The notes below the pieces were generated by a model that was given only the letters and a program-made list of their open reading frames with translations, was not told the origin of the DNA and searched no databases. The position numbers and the translations under genes are program-made. A stretch of DNA of 64,000 nt from Verrucomicrobiota bacterium (GTDB taxonomy: Bacteria; Verrucomicrobiota; Verrucomicrobiia; Limisphaerales; JADLHS01), in contig JBAOIL010000030.1 in the NCBI GenBank assembly GCA_037044975.1, positions 204,802 through 268,801 of the forward strand, read 5' to 3'. Shown piece after piece: positions 59,841-64,000 of this stretch (position 1 is the first letter of the stretch; every line of letters starts with the position of its first letter).

Positions 59841-60749
59841 CTAAGTTTTTCTTCTTTTCAGCGCTAGGGCCACCATCCGCTGGCACAACTCCGCGTAGCC
59901 AATGCCCGCCGCCGCGGCCGCCTTCGGCATCAGGCTGGTCTCTGTCATCCCGGGCAACGAATTTACTTCCAACACCACAGGATCACCATTCGGCCGCACC
60001 ATCACATCCACCCGCCCATAATCGCGCCCACCGATGGCACGAAACGCGCCCACGGCCGCGCTCTGGACGCGCTTCGTCGTCGCGGCATCAAACACAGCGG
60101 GACAAACGTATTCCGCGGCGCCCACGCTGTATTTCGTCCGGTAATCATAGACGCCCGACTTGGGACGCACCTCAACGATGGGTAGCGGTTGGTCATCCAG
60201 AATCCCAACCGTACCTTCGCGCCCGATGATTTTTTCTTCCATCAGCACCTGCGAATCGTGCCGCAACGCCTCGGCTAGCGCGTTCGCCCACTCCTCGACG
60301 CGTTCGACGAATTGCAGTCCCACGCTGGAGCCCTGGCGCACCGGCTTGATCACCAACGGCGGATTCCACCCCATCGGCCACGGGGTTTTCGGCGTGTCCA
60401 ATACCAGCGACCGTGCCGTCGGCACTCCCGCCGCCACGCACCGCTGCTTCGTCAGGACCTTGTCAAAACCAATCCGGCTCGCCTCCGCGTCGCAACCGGT
60501 GTAGGGCACGCCTAATTGATCCAACTCCGTCTGTACCGTGCCGTCCTCGCCGTACGTCCCATGCAGGGCGAGAAAAACCACTTGCGTGCCCGGCGCCAGC
60601 CGCCAGCCCGGGGCGCGCGGATCCAGTTCCGCCACGACGTGCCCCAGCGACCGCAATGCCGTCGCCACCGCCGCGCCGGAGTTCAACGAAACTTCGCGTT
60701 CGGCACTCGGCCCGCCAAGCATCACGGTGATATTCAACTTCTCCATCAT
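59841..60749 (-). CDS. ddl: D-alanine--D-alanine ligase
   Basis: GGPSAEREVSLNSG, ALHGTYGEDGT, VLEVNSLPGMT. Confidence 0.95.
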   Translation of the reverse strand: MMEKLNITVMLGGPSAEREVSLNSGAAVATALRSLGHVVAELDPRAPGWRLAPGTQVVFLALHGTYGEDGTVQTELDQLGVPYTGCDAEASRIGFDKVLTKQRCVAAGVPTARSLVLDTPKTPWPMGWNPPLVIKPVRQGSSVGLQFVERVEEWANALAEALRHDSQVLMEEKIIGREGTVGILDDQPLPIVEVRPKSGVYDYRTKYSVGAAEYVCPAVFDAATTKRVQSAAVGAFRAIGGRDYGRVDVMVRPNGDPVVLEVNSLPGMTETSLMPKAAAAAGIGYAELCQRMVALALKRRKT

Positions 60750-60755
60750 CGCTTC

Positions 60756-61706
60756 CTAGTCTTCACCGACAATTTCCACTTCCGGCGACAACTCAATCCC
60801 GCGTTCGGTTCGCGCGCGATCTTGAATGAGGGCCATTAAATTCAAAACATCCTTTGCTGTCGCGCTGCCGTCGTTGACGATGAAATTTCCGTGTTCCAAA
60901 GAAACCATCGCCCCGCCGACGCGGGCCCCCTTCAGTCCGAGTTCCTGAATCAACCGGCCCGCCGGAATTGTGACCGGATTCTTGAAGCAACAACCCGCGC
61001 TTGGCGCCGACGGTTGCGAAGCCCAACGCTTTGCACTGAACGTATTCATGCGGGTTTCGACGTCCGCCCGCGTCGTCAGCCGGCCTTTGAACACAGCGCC
61101 AAGGGCGATGTGGGTTTTCAGCAGGGGGCAAGCGCGATATTCCGCCGGCACTTCGGCGACGGGCTTTTCAAAAATCCGGCCCGCGTAATCCATGAAGCGA
61201 AGGGAATCCACTACTTCAAACGCCCATGAGCCCATCGCGCCGGCATTCATCCGCAACGCCCCTCCAACACTGCCCGGAATGCCCTCCAGAAATTCCACCC
61301 CGCTCAAGCCCGCGCGTTTGGCTTCGACGGCAACCAGTTTCAGTTTCGCACCCGCTCCGCAGCGGATTCGTTCCCCGATGATTTCCACGGTGCTGAAACT
61401 CGGATGGGCGAGACAAATTACCACTCCCCGAATCCCGCCGGCACGCACCAGCAGATTTGATCCGCGCCCGAGCACAAATAAATTCGTGTCCCGCTCCGCA
61501 ACAAGCTTCACGAGCTCCGCTAGATCTGCTTCGCCCGCCGGCTCAACATACACGTCCGCGGGTCCGCCGACGCGCAGGGTCGTCCGTTTCGCAAGCGGCT
61601 CGTCGCGGCGAATGACCGTGGCCGGCGAAACACGCCGCGCCAGTTCGTGGGCAAACGGTTCACTACTGGTGCTCGGGCAATCCATGATGGCGGCAATTTC
61701 GGTCAT
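60756..61706 (-). CDS. murB: UDP-N-acetylenolpyruvoylglucosamine reductase
   Basis: LAKRTTLRVGGPADVYVEP, LGRGSNLLV, GIPGSVGGALRMNAGA, AGCCFKNP. ATG at 61706; the upstream 176 codons of the track ORF are an in-frame read into murG. Confidence 0.9.
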   Translation of the reverse strand: MTEIAAIMDCPSTSSEPFAHELARRVSPATVIRRDEPLAKRTTLRVGGPADVYVEPAGEADLAELVKLVAERDTNLFVLGRGSNLLVRAGGIRGVVICLAHPSFSTVEIIGERIRCGAGAKLKLVAVEAKRAGLSGVEFLEGIPGSVGGALRMNAGAMGSWAFEVVDSLRFMDYAGRIFEKPVAEVPAEYRACPLLKTHIALGAVFKGRLTTRADVETRMNTFSAKRWASQPSAPSAGCCFKNPVTIPAGRLIQELGLKGARVGGAMVSLEHGNFIVNDGSATAKDVLNLMALIQDRARTERGIELSPEVEIVGED

Positions 61707-62899
61707 GCAATCGTCGAACTTTGCAGCAGCGCGGCGCGATTCGACCGGGTTTGGGCCGAAGCACTTCCCGCCTCGGCGAGCCGGATATCGGCGATCCGGG
61801 GCACAGTTTGCAAGATCAGCTCGGCGATCCGCTCCGCTGATTTCGGTGCGTGCCACCGCGCAAGGGCCGCCTTCATCGCATCGTGGGCGGCAACGTCCTC
61901 GACAAGTCCGCGCAGAAGACCGAAAACCTTCTCCGGCGTGGCGGTGCGCTGTTCCAGCAGCAGCGCAGCGCCGGTTTCCTCGAACGCGCGGGCGTTGTGA
62001 AATTGATGATTGTCCGCCGCGGCCGGAAAGGGAATGAGCACCGCTGGCAACTGGACGGCCGCAAGTTCCGCCAGCGATGACGCGCCCGAACGACTCACGC
62101 ACGCAGTCGCCGCTCCAAGCGCCAGGTCCATCTCGGCAAGGAACGGAAGCACCACCGCCGTGAGGCCAAGTTCCGTGTAGGCCTGCCGGACCTTTTCCGC
62201 GTCCTGCGGGCCGGAGAGATGCAACCATTGCCATTGTGGGACATTACGCGCGAGCACTGGCAGCGTGGACAGGATCAGGTCATTGATGCCATTGGCACCC
62301 TGGCTGCCACCCATGACGAGCACCATCGGGCGGTTACCGTCGAGGCCGAGGGCGACGCGGCACAACGCGGCGTCGCGCGGCTGAAATTGCGGTCGGACCG
62401 GGGTGCCGGTGCAAGTTACTTGGCGGGCGGCCAGCCGTGATCCCGTTTGCGAAAACCCCACGAACGCCTGATCCACCAAACGTGCAAGCCAGCGATTGGC
62501 GCGACCGGGGATGGTGTTCGACTCATGGAGGAATGTTTTGACGCCCAAACCACGCCCCGCAAGCACCGGTGGAGCACTGGTGAATCCGCCCATGGCGAGC
62601 ACGGCGTCCGGCCGGCGGGATTTGAAAAGTTGGCGCGCTGCGCACCAGGATTGCCAGCAGCCAGCGAGGAAAGCAAAACGTCGGCCGCGTTGCAGCGCGA
62701 CGGCTGGAAGGGTGACAATCTCCAAGCCGCGCGCGGATTTTACGGCTTGTTGATCCACTTCTTTCGGGGAAATCAAAAGGGTGACCGAGCCACCGCGCGC
62801 CAGAATTTGCCGGGCGACGGCCAGACCCGGGAAGAGATGGCCGCCGGTCCCGCCGCAAGCAATGGCGACGTGAGGCAGAGTGGCACGCGCGGGGGTCAT
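61703..62899 (-). CDS. murG: UDP-N-acetylglucosamine--LPS/undecaprenyl-PP-MurNAc-pentapeptide transferase MurG
   Basis: IACGGTGGHLFPGLAVA, MGGFTSAP, VMGGSQGA, SRSGASSLAELA. ATG at 62899 overlaps the ftsW stop (ATGA), and the stop overlaps the murB ATG. Confidence 0.9.
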   Translation of the reverse strand: MTPARATLPHVAIACGGTGGHLFPGLAVARQILARGGSVTLLISPKEVDQQAVKSARGLEIVTLPAVALQRGRRFAFLAGCWQSWCAARQLFKSRRPDAVLAMGGFTSAPPVLAGRGLGVKTFLHESNTIPGRANRWLARLVDQAFVGFSQTGSRLAARQVTCTGTPVRPQFQPRDAALCRVALGLDGNRPMVLVMGGSQGANGINDLILSTLPVLARNVPQWQWLHLSGPQDAEKVRQAYTELGLTAVVLPFLAEMDLALGAATACVSRSGASSLAELAAVQLPAVLIPFPAAADNHQFHNARAFEETGAALLLEQRTATPEKVFGLLRGLVEDVAAHDAMKAALARWHAPKSAERIAELILQTVPRIADIRLAEAGSASAQTRSNRAALLQSSTIA

Positions 62900-64000
62900 G
62901 TTGTTTGCGCGGTGGGTAATTCGTCGGCGGCAAATGGATTGGCGGGTTTGATCTCCGGCGCGCGACCTTGCCGCGCGACGCTGATCAAGAGACCGATGCA
63001 ACCGAGCATTGCGAGCAAGCTGGAGCCGCCGTAGCTGATAAACGGCAAGGCAATTCCCTTGTTCGGCAGCGTGTTCGTGACAACGCCGATGTTGATGAAT
63101 GCCTGAAAGCCGATCAGGAAAGTGATGCCCGCCGCGAGCATCAAGCCAAAGGTGTCCCGCGCGTGCACCGCGATGTAAATTCCACAAATTACAATCAGAA
63201 CGAAACCCAGCACCACACCCAACGTCGCGACGAGGCCAAGTTCCTCGCCGATGATCGCAAGGATGAAATCCGTCTGATGCTCCGCCACCCAGCCATTCTT
63301 TTGACGACCATTGCCAAGCCCGAGGCCGGTCCAACCGCCGGAGCCCAAGGCAAGCATGGTCTGGTAGGCCTGGCTTGCCTTTTCCGATTTCTTTTCTTCC
63401 ATGTTCAACCAGGCTACGACACGCTCCCGACGCACGTCGTCGTTGTAAATGAAAATGCTCGCCGCAACGGCCAACGCGAGGACGGACGGGACAAACTGTT
63501 TGAGTTGGATCCCCGCGATCAGGAGCATCAGGCCACTGACGAGGGTGATCAGGAGGGCACAACCAACGTCCCGTTCAACGAAAATCAACCCCGCAATCAG
63601 TCCGATAAACAAACTGGGAACGAGCATCCCGCGTTTCCATGTGTGCATCTGCCGCTGATACCGTTCGCAATACCACGCCAGAGCGATTATGAGCGCGATT
63701 TTGGCGAGTTCTGAAGGTTGAAAACTTATGCCAGGAAAGACAAACCAACGGTTAGCACCATTGAGATTCGGACTGTATTTGGTAGTTCTTAGGACCAACG
63801 CCAACAGAATCGCCACGCAACCCAACAACGGCCAGACGAACCGCTTCAATGACCTGTAGTCGAGGGTCGCCGCGACCACGCACGCCACCAGACCAGCCGC
63901 GCACCACTGGAGTTGCTTCATCAGGAAACGGGAACTCACGTCCGTCCCGAATTTGTGGTAAAGCCCCGAGCTATAAAGCATCACTAAGCCGAGCGACAGC
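62896..64000 (-). CDS. ftsW: SEDS-family peptidoglycan glycosyltransferase FtsW (5' end beyond the window)
   Basis: QPSELAKIALII, LGSGGWTGLGLGNG, ALPFISYGGSSLL. The reading frame stays open upstream of 63984 (..LSLGLVMLYSSG), so the gene continues past position 64000. Confidence 0.85.
   Translation of the reverse strand, partial: LSLGLVMLYSSGLYHKFGTDVSSRFLMKQLQWCAAGLVACVVAATLDYRSLKRFVWPLLGCVAILLALVLRTTKYSPNLNGANRWFVFPGISFQPSELAKIALIIALAWYCERYQRQMHTWKRGMLVPSLFIGLIAGLIFVERDVGCALLITLVSGLMLLIAGIQLKQFVPSVLALAVAASIFIYNDDVRRERVVAWLNMEEKKSEKASQAYQTMLALGSGGWTGLGLGNGRQKNGWVAEHQTDFILAIIGEELGLVATLGVVLGFVLIVICGIYIAVHARDTFGLMLAAGITFLIGFQAFINIGVVTNTLPNKGIALPFISYGGSSLLAMLGCIGLLISVARQGRAPEIKPANPFAADELPTAQTT

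Noticed and set aside
61707-62234. 176-codon N-terminal extension of the murB ORF; likewise the extension of the murG ORF up to 63562
   Set aside because: The extensions overlap murG and ftsW coding sequence in other frames and are Arg/Gly/Cys-rich. The canonical MurB and MurG N-termini begin at the ATGs at 61706 and 62899, each with a 4-nt overlap to the upstream gene's stop.

Overview
High-GC, gene-dense chromosomal window. The gene content suggests a Verrucomicrobiota-like organism: a PEP-CTERM anchor, a [25 protein letters not shown]-type pseudopilin, a divergent FtsZ, and porins with coiled-coil N-termini. Most of it is housekeeping: a complete F-type ATP synthase operon (atpB-E-F-H-A-G-D-C, 12.1-18.9 kb); recO/DUF502/ybeY/phoH/HIT; a hybrid histidine kinase plus a REC-HPt-REC protein; a 2-oxoacid dehydrogenase E1alpha/E1beta/E2 operon; a TviB/TviC-like nucleotide-sugar pair; plsY; an amidase; PduO; gcvT; lpxB; ribF; three tandem CNNM/CorB-type genes; an MsbA-like ABC exporter; and the distal dcw cluster (ftsW-murG-murB-ddl-ftsQ-ftsA-ftsZ, minus strand, running off the right edge). 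The most unusual part is the first 12 kb, a composite metal (probably zinc) acquisition island linked to a Fur-family regulator. It combines a ZnuA/ZnuB pair with no ATPase, a ZIP transporter, a porin, two paralogous small His/Cys-motif membrane proteins, a pseudopilin-like protein, and two choice-of-anchor-M (TIGR03769-like) surface proteins, one PEP-CTERM anchored. The second of these is start/stop-overlap-coupled to an ABC-2 ATPase/permease, a TPR protein and the Fur-family regulator. Other notable items are an R-M-like pair whose PD-(D/E)XK partner carries a signal peptide, a GNAT-aminotransferase fusion coupled to plsY, a heptanucleotide tandem repeat inside lpxB, a 3'-truncated group II intron, a low-GC mini-HAD gene, and a perfect CRP/FNR-type site upstream of the atp operon. 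At least eight single-nucleotide frame disruptions hit conserved and essential genes (atpH, recO, the response regulator, E2, lpxB, ftsZ). Consensus sequence error is my leading explanation. No rRNA, tRNA or CRISPR array was recognised. All homology calls rest on motif recognition by eye, not on searches.
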